A DNA stretch of 64,000 bases, from contig NC_086118.1 in NCBI RefSeq assembly GCF_963921235.1, forward strand, positions 18,602,001-18,666,000. Direction: 5' to 3'. Made by a program: the position numbers and the translations under genes. Numbering within the stretch: position 1 is the first letter of the stretch; every line of letters starts with the position of its first letter. The notes beneath the pieces are model-generated. The model was not told the origin of the DNA and did not search any database. It saw only the letters and a list, made by a program, of their open reading frames with translations. The DNA comes from Mobula hypostoma (lineage: Eukaryota). This document shows positions 1-10,629 of the stretch, piece after piece.

Positions 1-205
1 CAGGAAAATCCACTTTTGGCGGATGAATCAGAGGAGCTCAACAAAGCGGTCCCAACTTATGTTGGATCTCACTAGTGTCGAGGCTGCCGGATCGGGAGTA
101 CCAGATACAAAAAACGACCCCAACAGACTCAGAGGTGAAATGTTGCCTCACCTGGAAGGACGGTTATGGTCCAGAATGGAGTTGAGGGAGGAGGTGAATG
201 TGCAC
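1..205 (-). mobile_element. Penelope-like element, GIY-YIG endonuclease fragment (decayed)
   Basis: Minus strand reads, with frameshifts, CTFTSSLNSI..SFQVRQHFTSESVGVVFCIW.SRSG.L..SEI..KLG.DRFVE, matching the PLE GIY-YIG region (FTCES.GVIYCI.C..CGLLYIGET.R.LGDRF.EH). Confidence 0.75.
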
Positions 206-1315
206 TTTCACATATTATTAACAATAATGAAATGCTTATTATCAATTACCAATAAATGAGGATTAGGTCAGTTTACAAACTCTTCCAATCTGATTTTCAA
301 CTTCTAGATATTCAACTTCAAAGTTTTGTCTCCAAGAAAGTCATTTTTCACTATTTGCTTTAAGATTTCTATATCATATCTACTGTCAAAATCAGAAAAG
401 CTTGAGTAGGCACTGACCTGCTAACAGTCTTTACACATCTTTTAGCTCATATCACCAAAGATCTGAGGTTCTTTATGGGCCTTCTGCCATTTTTAGAGTC
501 CTACATTAATCTCTGGCACAGAACAATCTCCCCCCTCTTTTTATAGCAAAGTTATTTTTATCCTTGTCAATCAATGTGAAGCTTTACAAAAAAACTCCTG
601 CTCTGTGTTGCACTTTGATTCCCAATGATCTCATGATTTGGAAATAATGTGCTGGGATATGAATGGATAGGTGTCGGATACAAGCAAGAGTAGAACCTTC
701 TTTAATTTGACCACTTTCCCCAAAGAGAGCAACATTGAACTCCACATGACATTCTTCCTCCCAAATAGAAAAGTTGTAGCACAATCTGTACGAAGTTTGT
801 GTTACAGACTGATAATCTGACGTTCAACAAAACTATAAAATAATCTGCCTTTCAGTTTTCTCTGCATTTTCTTCATTATGCATTTCCAGTTTGAGCATAT
901 GAATTGAACAAGGAAACTTATATTTTATTTTTGCATTGCAAAGGAACCTTGTGCAGAATTTTACCTAGCATTACATTGAATGAGGAGATAATTTCTTCCA
1001 GACTATATTAGTTATTCAATATGCCACAGTTATTCAAAGGAACATTAAATTCAGTGATGCTCCAGCTGCTGTGCTGTGTAACATCATTGAACCAATGCCA
1101 TGTGGTTTCATGAGCAGTAGTTAATCACCACCACAGTAATTAATGTTTAAACTCATTTGTTTTTATAACTTGGCAGTTAAGGAACACTCCATGGATCTTG
1201 GTGACACCAAGCGACGCACGAACACAATTGCCCAGCTGTTTTCCTTTTTTTAAGTTGCCTTCTGAGTCAGAGGAGGCATTCGTTGCCCTGTTTCTAGGCA
1301 AGGCTCTTCCTGTTC

Positions 1316-1416
1316 CGTAATCATGCGACGCGATGACGTAATTCGCGTCGTGATGATGTAACTTGTGTCGAAAAACGTCATCGCGTCGCAAAAACGTCAT
1401 CATGCCGCCTATGCGT
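1316..1416. promoter_or_regulatory. CpG-dense patch with phased CRE/ATF half-sites and a 16-bp inverted repeat
   Basis: About 16 CpG in ~100 bp in CpG-poor surroundings; TGACGT 1334, TGATGT 1354, ACGTCA 1375 and 1394; TGCGACGCGATGACGT (1324-1339) is the reverse complement of 1375-1390. Confidence 0.35.
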
Positions 1417-2380
1417 GATGGCATGGTGGAGACAGATGCAACAGAACGTTCTTCCAGGCTCCCTGGTCCATGTCGTCGTTATTTCTGATCTATGCTTGGT
1501 TATTTTCCTATCTACCAGCTGATACTTACGTAATGATAGTGAATCCTTATCTACAATATACTTTATCCATTAGACTGCACTGCTTCTGATTTCTGCTGTA
1601 ATACATTTGTACCCTTAGGGTTCTCAGCCTTATAATCTAACAGAAAAGAAACATTTTGTATATCTGACAAAAAATAATACTTTACTCTGTCAAGCTTTGT
1701 CAAATGTTACCATACATTTTTGTACAAATATTAATAAGTTTCTTAAATAGTTGCACGGCAAAACAACATAAAGCACCTGTGGACCTGAACAGTCAGCACC
1801 TTGTTAAGTGCACGACTGCCAAGTCAGCAAGTTCTGATTTTTGTTTAGTGTGCTATCCTTACAACCTGCTTTGTCATTAAAGAATGTTGACGTGATTTAG
1901 AACATCAAAGGACAAATCAAATTCACAACATAGATTTTCTCTCACAAATCAAGAGACAATGCTATCGGATTATTCAATTATCAATTTTAAGCAAACCCAT
2001 CAGTCAGGAATTTGTGGTCTAGTGTGACAAAAGAAATCAGGTGTTTTGTAATGTTGGTTTTGTGCTCCACTCAATGGAAGCCATCCACCATAAAAGTATT
2101 TCTGACATATTCTGTGCTTTGTTAAATCTCTTGGACTGATAATAATTAGATATTAATCTGCACTATTTTCATCCATGGACTCTAATATGTATTTGTTAGT
2201 CTATTTGAAGAGGCAAAATAAGGGATCACAAAAGATATGCTCCATAATTACTTGTGTGACATGACATTTCCAAATAGATTCTCCTTTACAGGCTTGGTGG
2301 GAATGTATTGTACAATAAACCAAATTATTACAGACAGATATAACATAGTTCCATGTTCCATATGAGATATACATATACAC

Positions 2381-2513
2381 AAGAAATTCTGCAGATACTG
2401 GAAATCCAGTGCACTACACACTACACACAAACTGCTGGAGGAACTCAGCACATCAGGCAGCATCTATGGAGAGGAATAGAGTCGATGTCTCAGGCTGAGA
2501 ACATTCATCAGGA
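2381..2513 (-). repeat. Penelope pseudo-LTR fragment with decayed hammerhead
   Basis: TCTGCAGATACTGGAAATC...TGCTGGAGGAACTCAGCA..CAGGCAGCATCTATGG body; minus strand CTGATGA...GAGA-CATC (GAAA mutated). Confidence 0.7.
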
Positions 2514-2532
2514 GTTGTATATGAGATATATA

Positions 2533-3151
2533 CGGGGGGGTGGGCGGGTGCAGGGGGGTGATTGATAAGTTCATGGCCTAAGGTAGAAGGAGTCAATTTT
2601 AGAAAACCTAGCACATTTATTTTTCAACATAGTCCCCTCCTACATTTACACACTTAGTCCAGCGGTCATGGAACATACAGATCTTGGACCTCCAGAAAGT
2701 GCCCACAGGAGGGGTGATTGATAAGTTCGTGGCCTAAGGTAGAAGGAGATGAGTTACACAGCTCTTGTTACATGCACATGCAATTCAACTCTTTGAGTGA
2801 TTACGCAGAAAGTTTGAGGTTAATAACTCTTCAGGGGTGATTGATAAGTTCGTGGCCTAAGGTAGAAGGAGATGGGTTATTAACTTCAAACTTTCTTCAT
2901 TATCACTCAAAGAGTTGAACTGCACGTGCATGTAACGAGAGCTGTATAACCCATCTCCTTCTACCTTAGGCCACAAACTTATCAATCACCCCTGCGATGG
3001 GCACTTTCTAGAGGTCCAAGATGCGTATGTTACACGACCGCTGGACTGAGTGTGTAAATGTAGGAGGGGACTAGGTTGAAAAATAAATGTGCTAGGTTTT
3101 CTAAAATTGACTCCTTCTACCTTAGGCCATGACCTTATCAATAACCCCTCG
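2533..3151. mobile_element. Mariner-derived palindromic MITE
   Basis: Flanked by TA (2531-32, 3152-53); five copies of a 38-nt TIR core; arms 2555-2832 and 2871-3148 are near-perfect inverted repeats; both arms encode the mariner transposase C-terminus HDRWT(K/E)CVNVGGD(Y/*)VEK*. Confidence 0.9.
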
Positions 3152-3489
3152 TATATTTTAGGTCTGCTAATAACGTCACACCCATTTACCTTCTTAAATA
3201 TAAGATTTTTAGATGCAGGTTTTAGAATTGTTAAAACCAATAGCCGACATGTCCAATAATATGCAAAAGAGCTTAAACAGGATTTCTTTAAACTATTAAC
3301 ATTTGTGTTTAAATGGCAGTTATAGCCAATGTAGCGAATCTTAGCCATTGTTCTCAAACTCTTCTCACTTAAGGAAAACTTTGCATTGCTATAAATGCAT
3401 ACACATATTAAATCAGATGATCCTGAGGTTAAAATTTACTTGCTCAATGCATATTTAGATATCACTGGGGTTCAAACCTCAGTCCTTAG

Positions 3490-3715
3490 TGACCATCATG
3501 CACCAATGCCATTTTTATCCTCATCACTTTCCCATCAACTTCCTCCAAATTCTACCAGTCATCTGTTACACAGTGGGTAACCTGTGCATCCTTGGATTGT
3601 GGGCAGGAACCTGAACATGGTCACAGGAGAAACAAGCAAACTCCATGCACTTGATTGAACCTGGGTTGCTGGAGCTACTGTATGTGGTGGCAGGTCTACT
3701 GGCAGTGCCACCCTT
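3490..3715 (-). mobile_element. tRNA-derived V-SINE (HE1-like), decayed
   Basis: Minus strand GGTGGCAC...CCCAGGTTCAATC (B-box) then TGGAGTTTGC..TTCTCC.GTG...TTCCT.CCCACAATCCAAGGATGCACAGGTTA, resembling the V-domain. Confidence 0.65.
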
Positions 3716-3729
3716 CAATGTGTAACCAC

Positions 3730-4015
3730 AACTTGCCAAGTCAGGTCTGGCACACCTACCCTTTCACAGCCTCTACCATCAGGAAGAACAAAAGAAATAG
3801 GAGGACAAGAGCACCATCAGCCCCAATTTCAACTCATGCACCAGCTTTGACTTGGATATGTATCACTACTCCTTCTGTTACTGGCTCAATCAAAAGAAAT
3901 TCTTTAACAAGGTTGTGGAGCCGTCTGCATGCAAAGATTCAATCCTGGAGCGTTATCAAAGGTACGTAGTGTTAGACGATAAAGGATGGACTGTACAGTG
4001 ATGCCAAGATTCTGT
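3730..4015 (+). mobile_element. Old LINE (CR1/L2-group) 3' end fragment
   Basis: CACCAGCTTTGACTTGGATATGTATCACTACTCCTTC.GTTACTGG resembles a common chondrichthyan LINE tail; a reverse-oriented related copy lies at ~8990-9105. Confidence 0.45.
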
Positions 4016-4139
4016 AAATGTAATTGAATTCTTTTCAAATTATGTGCTGTTAATTGGATATTTTCCTGTATAAATATTCACTAATGCAGGTTCTTATATT
4101 GAAGGCATTCAACATATATTTCTGCAAAAATAATAAACA

Positions 4140-4302
4140 TGAGGAATTCTGGAGACGCTGGAAATCCAAAGCAACACACACAAAATACTTGAGGAATTCA
4201 GCAGGACAGACAGCATTTGTGGAAATAAATAAACAGTTGACGCTTCAGACCGAGTCCTGAAGAAGGGTCTTGGCCCAAAACGTCAACTGTTTATTCACTT
4301 CC
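4140..4302. repeat. Penelope pseudo-LTR, inverted plus direct pieces, with mutated hammerhead
   Basis: AATAAACAGTTGACG ... CGTCAACTGTTTATT inverted pair; GAGTC-CTGAAGA-AGGGTCTTGGCCC-AAAA-CGTC-AACTG at 4252-4289 (GAAA changed to AAAA). Confidence 0.75.
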
Positions 4303-4649
4303 TTCGAGGCTTCTCATAATTTACCTTATACATATTGAATTTAATTAATTTCTTAAACCACATATGTTGAAAAACTATAAACACACAGATTTTCTTAACT
4401 GATGTGGCAACCTTCTACAAAAAAAAACTGACTCAGTTATAAGATAGTTTAATTTCAAGTGTTGGCTTATAAATATACACAATCCATTTTGTATATTCCA
4501 CTAAAAACTGCATATGCCTCTGAAAATAGTCCCACTTTGATTGAAATGGAAATCAAAGTATTTCAACAGTATAGAATATCCAAATTGTTTCATTAATTTG
4601 GGGACTAAAGAATTTGACATTTCCATTATTTAGTTGCTTCTCACATTTA

Positions 4650-5480
4650 TTCAAAGTGCATGTATTATCAAAGTATGTATATTATACACAACCTTGAGAT
4701 TCGTCTTCTTTCAGGTAACCATAACTCAATAGAATTCATTAAAAAGAGAGCGCAAAAACAAGTAGTGCAAACAATAGAAGTAAGCAAATAACTTTCAGAA
4801 CTGAAGTTAACGAAAGTGAGTCAATTACCACGAAGCCAGTCACAGCCAATCCAGGAGCCTGTTAGTTGTAGGCCACAGCATCAATTCAGCGCAGAGATGA
4901 GCTGAACACCAGCCCGTCCTTCTCCTCTGGCCTTAACTCTGACTTTTTCCCCCATTCTGGCCCAGCATTAAAATGGACAAACCTTGATTATTCCTCACTC
5001 TCAGGCCCAGGTCCTGCTGCTTCGATAGATTCCCTGGCCTGGGCCCTGATGGCTGGTTTGACCCAACCATTACAATCTGGCCTGGTGCTTAAGTTGGCCA
5101 AACAGAGGGTCGTTCCTTGCTCTCGGGGCCGAGCCGCTCTGTCTCAACTCTGCTTCATCTTGGTTCTACTGCTTTAAATCATTTCGAAGTCCACTCTAGC
5201 TATGGCCAAGCATTGGCTCGTTCCCTGCTCTCAGGTCCGAGCCTGGGTTTGGATCCCACCACCTAGATTCAGAGCGCAAAACTGCAACTGTTAAACCCCT
5301 TCAAGACACATCCACAAAAAAATGCCAGGTCGTACAGGCAGTTCAAAAGCGCAGTTCCAAAAGGGAAGTTAGACTGCAGTGACCAGTTTTGAGAAAAAGT
5401 GAGTAATAATGTAGTTAATGGTTGTGTTTGCTGCCAGCAAGTTGTCGCTGTGCTTCAACAGTACCATCTTAGACCAGAAG
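4650..5480 (-). mobile_element. Non-autonomous retroposon with AAGATGG (YY1-like) 5' head and Rex1/Babar-type tail
   Basis: 5' end CTTCTGGTCTAAGATGGTAC; 3' end GAATCTCAAGG...CATACTTTGATAATA..ACTTTGAA, same as the tail at 58590-58655; non-coding body. Confidence 0.6.
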
Positions 5481-5639
5481 ATTTTTTTTTGGCTCAGTTC
5501 ACATTTTGTGTAACACCTGGGACAATGTTAATCTTGCTTAAATTCTATTCACTTCTGCAAAAAAGCTTATTCAGAGCAGCTTTGTTTTCAGACAAAGTAT
5601 GGCTATAGCTAAAAGAGATAAGGACCTTCTCGAGTGCTA

Positions 5640-5960
5640 CTTAAAATCTCAGGATGTCCCAAAGCTTCTGGGGACAAAGATTATTGTTGCAAAGTGTATA
5701 ATAATATTGGACACACAACAACTGATTTAGGCCCAGCCAGGGACCACAAAGTATAATATGATGATCAACTAATTGATGTCACTTGATTGATAAATTTTGC
5801 TCAGGATATCAAGGAGAATACCTTAGCTCTTCAAGAAGGTGCCATCGGACATTTTGTATTCGTGTGAGAGCACAGGGTATTCTTCAGTTTAATCAGTCAT
5901 CTAACTTCTGCAACTCTGAGTAGAATGCCAAAGCTCCAACCCTGCCTTGATATATTGCTT
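5640..5960 (-). mobile_element. DeuSINE (SacSINE1/AmnSINE-like) remnant
   Basis: CAGGATGTCCCAAAGC ... CAGGATATCAAGGAGAATACC..GCTCTTCAAGAAGGTGCCAT.GGA..TTTT resembles the reverse Deu domain; heavily diverged. Confidence 0.5.
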
Positions 5961-7246
5961 CAGAAACACTTGGAAACTGAAATGTTTGACTGGATGAACA
6001 ATTAGCTATTGAAACAAAGATGTCCCCAGAGAGACAACTTTACACAATTCCTTACTCTCTTCCCTTTTCCTTGGCTCTCCTCCTTTCCTAAAGACCACTT
6101 AAAGTCACACCTTTTAAACAGCCACGTTAACTGAAATATCCAACATGTGCCCTGATACACAGAAAACTGACTGGCTACATATGCTGTAAAAACAAAGTGT
6201 TTGCAAAGAACATTATTTTAAATACTGCAATCTGTTAACGCCAGTGTAAAGTAATTGAATCTAGCCCCACCTCTCTGTTGAGTCAGGCAGCAGACCGATG
6301 CTGTGTAGAAATTGCCATAGAAGATGGCACACAGATCTCTAACCCAGCTCTACAACATAGCAAATTTAAGATCGATAGCATATGGCAATATCATCTGTTC
6401 CTTGCTACAGATCAAAATAACTACCATTTAAATTGCTCGGGAAAAAATCTTAAATGATGGCCTGGAATGCTTCTGGGTGAAAACTATAGTATTTCTCTAA
6501 ATTTGTTTTGTTCCCTTTCTCCATACAGACCACAAGCTTGTGCAGTTACATGTCATCCATCATATTGGACAGTACTTGTTAAACAGTTTGAGAGGGAACT
6601 GACTTTTCATGCACATTCCAGGGTGTCTATATCACAAGGCAAACTCAGTTCATGCACCAGAAAAGGGAATATGACACATTGGACATTTTTAAAATATTAC
6701 AATACCTTCATAATGTCAAATTCCTGAATAAGTAATAATTATACAACTTACTTTAAGGCTCCAGATCATGCACTTGTGGAAGACAGTAAGGTAAAAGCAA
6801 TTACTGGCTTCAAGTAAAAAGACAACAATAATTACGGGATAATTTGAAACCAAGGGATACAATATCCCTCACCAAACCCACCAAATAAAAATTTTGTCTG
6901 CCATCTACATATAAAGAATTATCAGTTTTGTACATTGAACTTACAAATTCCAGGTAACCTATTTTCATTTTTCTTAAGTAGGATGCGATTCTGCCCACTT
7001 GTGTACAAAGCAATCGATTGGCTATAATGGACACTTTATTAATTTATGAGTGTTTCAGTATTAATGCGTTGGTAGATTTGGCTGAATGGATTATTTGATT
7101 TCCTGTGTTAAAACTTAAACTGTACACCGGGCTGAGATTTTTTAGCTTTGTTTCACCTTCAATGACCATTGTTGTGTCTCTGTTTTATAATGTACACATA
7201 CTTTGATAATAATTGAACTTTGAACTTTAGAGTGGAAATAACAAGG

Positions 7247-7936
7247 TGTAACTGGTGTAGCCAGGTGGAACTGGGAATTGTGCCTGTTGTTTTCTGGTGG
7301 AAGGAAAATAGTGGCGCACTTTCCTCCCCAAAGTTTATTCTGTGCCTGGCATAAAGGAACATTATTTTTTGATTTCCTCTGAGACAAGAAGCTAGGTAGC
7401 TGGGCTCTCAAAGGTGTGCATTTTGAACGCTTTAATTGCCATCCAAATTCATAGATGGGGGTAGTATGGTACGGGGTTGGCTAGGGCAGGTCACCTTGAA
7501 GAAGCTTGCTGTTCACATGTGCTTAGGCCAGGGTATAGTTTATAGTAGAAGACTTTGTGAGAAACATTGTGTTAGCCTTTTGTTTAGCTTGAACCTGTGG
7601 TACCTGGGTAGCCTCAAATTTCCATGTGAACCTGAGGCACTGACACACTTTACTGATGTAGCAACTTTATTTAAACAGTTTATTGCATTGATGCATTTTA
7701 TTTTACACTGTGATGGACAGTTTTGAGGCATTACAATCTTTAGCATATGGCACATAGATGCTATTCTTGCACTTTATTCAATCTGATGGTAACTCAGGAG
7801 CTGCATTTTATTTGAAAACTGACGTGCCTTTCTAAGCGCAACATTTTTTTAAAAAACTTTTGTTTGTTAATAAAATTTGTTATAGTTTTATATTAGTGTC
7901 GGACTGCCTGCTCATACATCTAGCTCAGCCATTACA
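7247..7936 (+). mobile_element. Solo LTR
   Basis: TGTAA...TTACA termini; AATAAA near 7869; flanks CAAGG / CTAGG (5-bp TSD, 1 mismatch). Confidence 0.6.
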
Positions 7937-8207
7937 CTAGGAAACTAAATGCAGGAACACTCTTTATATGTTGTACAGAATCAGACACAGTACAGCCTTC
8001 CCTTGACTACTGGTGGTTATAAAACCAAGAGCTTGAGCATTAGAAATAGAGCTTCTAATTTATTTATGGGTGAGGATATTGCTGGTAAGCTTTTATTGCA
8101 GACACAAGAGACTACAGATGCTGCAATCAGGAGACAAAAAAATAAATACTCTGTGGGTCAGATAGCAGTGGAAAGAAATCATATTTCATGTCACGACCTT
8201 TCATCGG

Positions 8208-8968
8208 TTCAAGTTTAATTGTCATTTAACTATATGTAGGAATACAGCCAAATGAAACAGCGTTCCTCTGGGGTAAGATACAATATACAGGACCAACAAT
8301 TACACAGAACATAATTATGAAAGCAGAAAAAAGTTACCAAATAATTAACAAAATAATGATAATACAGCAGAGTCCCTGAGTGACATGGCCTGTAGAATAA
8401 TGGTGCAATGATGTTGTCCTGGAGCCATGTTCCTGCAAGAACAAGCCTGCAGCAATTCCTTATTTCATGCAAGTGGAGCCACAGATGAACACAGTAAGAT
8501 TGTCTTCCCAAGAGCAAACACGAAGGGCAGCAGTAACAGAAGGGGCCATTCCCCAACCCAGTACAGAATCCAGTGGCCCACAACCAGCTCTGGTGTCTCC
8601 TTCACTGGGGACTGCAACAGGCAACTCCAAGGCATGAGGGCCTTGTCCACACAACAACTGAGCCGGTGAATTGGGGAACTTGCAGCATTCTACATTACTA
8701 ATGTCCAACAGAATCTTGTGATCACAAGAAAAATGTCCAAGACAATCACCCATACTGTCTGTTGGATTGTACACAGTTCCTCACTGAAGTAGGCTACAAC
8801 TCTGTGTGCAACAAGTCCAACTCCATTGCTATCTAGCAACTCGCTAGTGAGGTAGATCTGCCATATGTGATGTTCTTAATATCCAGAAGTGTCATGCAAT
8901 TGTAAAAAAACAAAGGATGAACAATTTCACTTTTGTTTGGACCCAGAGCACGCCGTCATCTTACTGAA
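8208..8968 (-). mobile_element. Non-autonomous retroposon, family shared with 25560-26276
   Basis: 5' AGTAAGATGACGGCG; block ACTTGCAG(C/A)ATTCTAC.TTACT.AT.TCCAA...GACAATCAC shared with 25967-26040; tail AATGACAATTAAACTTGAAC shared with 51505-51560. Confidence 0.6.
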
Positions 8969-10629
8969 ATCTGGAAGCATTTATGTATTTCTAAAGGCCT
9001 TAAGAAAGTGGTGATGAGGCTAGTTCTTGAACTGTTTCTGGTGAAGGTACTCACACAATTCTGATGGGCAGGATGCTCCATGATTTGGACTCAGTGGCAA
9101 TGAATAATTCTGAATTGATATCGTGCTATTAAAATTTTGGTTGGAGAAGCCCTAGATATGTACCTGAAGGCAAAACCGCAAAATATTTGTTGTACCATCC
9201 ATGTGATCTGGATCTGAAATAATAACTATTCCTCTCTCCAGAGGTGGTGCCTGATCTGCTAAGTGTTTCCAACATTTTCTGCTTTTTAATTATATGTGAA
9301 AGTGATTGAGATTCAAGTGATATGATAAATCTGAAGTAATCCCTAGCAGAGTCACAGTGCACAAATGACAAATAACTGCGGCAAAAAATATTCCAATATT
9401 ACATGATAATTGCAGATACTATGTTACGAACATACATCAGTTTCTCTTGTTTAGATACTTAAATCTAATCTTTGAAATGGCAAATTTTGACTGTAAAGAG
9501 TATTTCCATGAAATTGCTTTGTTTTCCCCCAACAAAATGTTGAAAATACCTTTACTATGCAAGATGACAGCTTGAGGTCACTTGATACGATACATCTTTG
9601 CTGAAAAGGACATACTTTAATTTCAAGCAACCAGTTATCAAGCTGTCACATAGATTTCCATCACAACTAGTAGGGAGCAACTACAGATCTTGCTCCCTGG
9701 CCTGGCAAATATTACAAATTCCACAGATCACATTTTTGGGAACATCCCTTGAAGGAAATCAAGGGCAGTCTATTCAATCTATTTTGAATTGTTTTGACGT
9801 TTATAATCACTTTTCGACTTTACTTCTTGGAGTACTATTCCATATGTTTATTAAGTGAGGTTACCAACCTACTAATAGCCGTTCCATAATTTTCTATTGT
9901 GAATAGGCATGGCTTAAGTACAGGCAATAGAATATATAACATGAAGCAATCAACAGAAGAGATACAAGAGTTTTATAAATGTTGGAAACTATTACAAAAG
10001 CAAGTTGGAAGAACTCAGTATAACAACATGACTAAACTACAATCTCAGAATAAATATCCTCACTGGCCACCATTGTCTATTCTGTTTCTCAGACTAGGAA
10101 CACATTCTGGTTGAAGCTGAAAATTCACTTACTAAGTTGATGGAGGAACACTGACACAGAGGGAAGTATATGTGCTGAAAGCACTTTACGTCTTCTCTCC
10201 TCTGAATTATGCAGTTTTGTTGACTTTCATTTAGAGTTGTGCCTATTCCTGTGACGTGAGGCCTAGGCAAGGATGGCAAAGACTCATGTTCTGGAGTATC
10301 TGGGACTAGAATCGAGACATGATTTCGAGACTGAGAGGAGAGCAAGGTTCATGACCTTGATGCTAGATGAGAATCAAAACAAAACAGAAATCCTAAGCAC
10401 AATCGTAGATTGAACCAAAGTTGAGCTGATGATCAAGCACCAAACCTCCTTCTTCTGACTTTTAATGGTGGTTCGCAGTTCAACTTAAAGGTGCATTACC
10501 ACCACCAACTGGACTGCAGTATGGTGTAGAGAGTGGGGAAAAAAAACCCTACTAGTTCTTTATCAAATGAAAACTAAGTTACCCCAAAAAAGCCCTAAAG
10601 ATTTTAAATAATGAAAGACAATATTGCAT

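Noticed and set aside
584..784. 66-aa minus-strand ORF preceded by an AG
   Set aside because: Weak pyrimidine tract, no recognisable protein similarity and no donor; likely chance
2555..3148. CRISPR-like recurring 38-nt repeat
   Set aside because: Copies occur in both orientations, the spacers are mirror images of each other and encode a mariner C-terminus, there are no cas genes, and the context is eukaryotic
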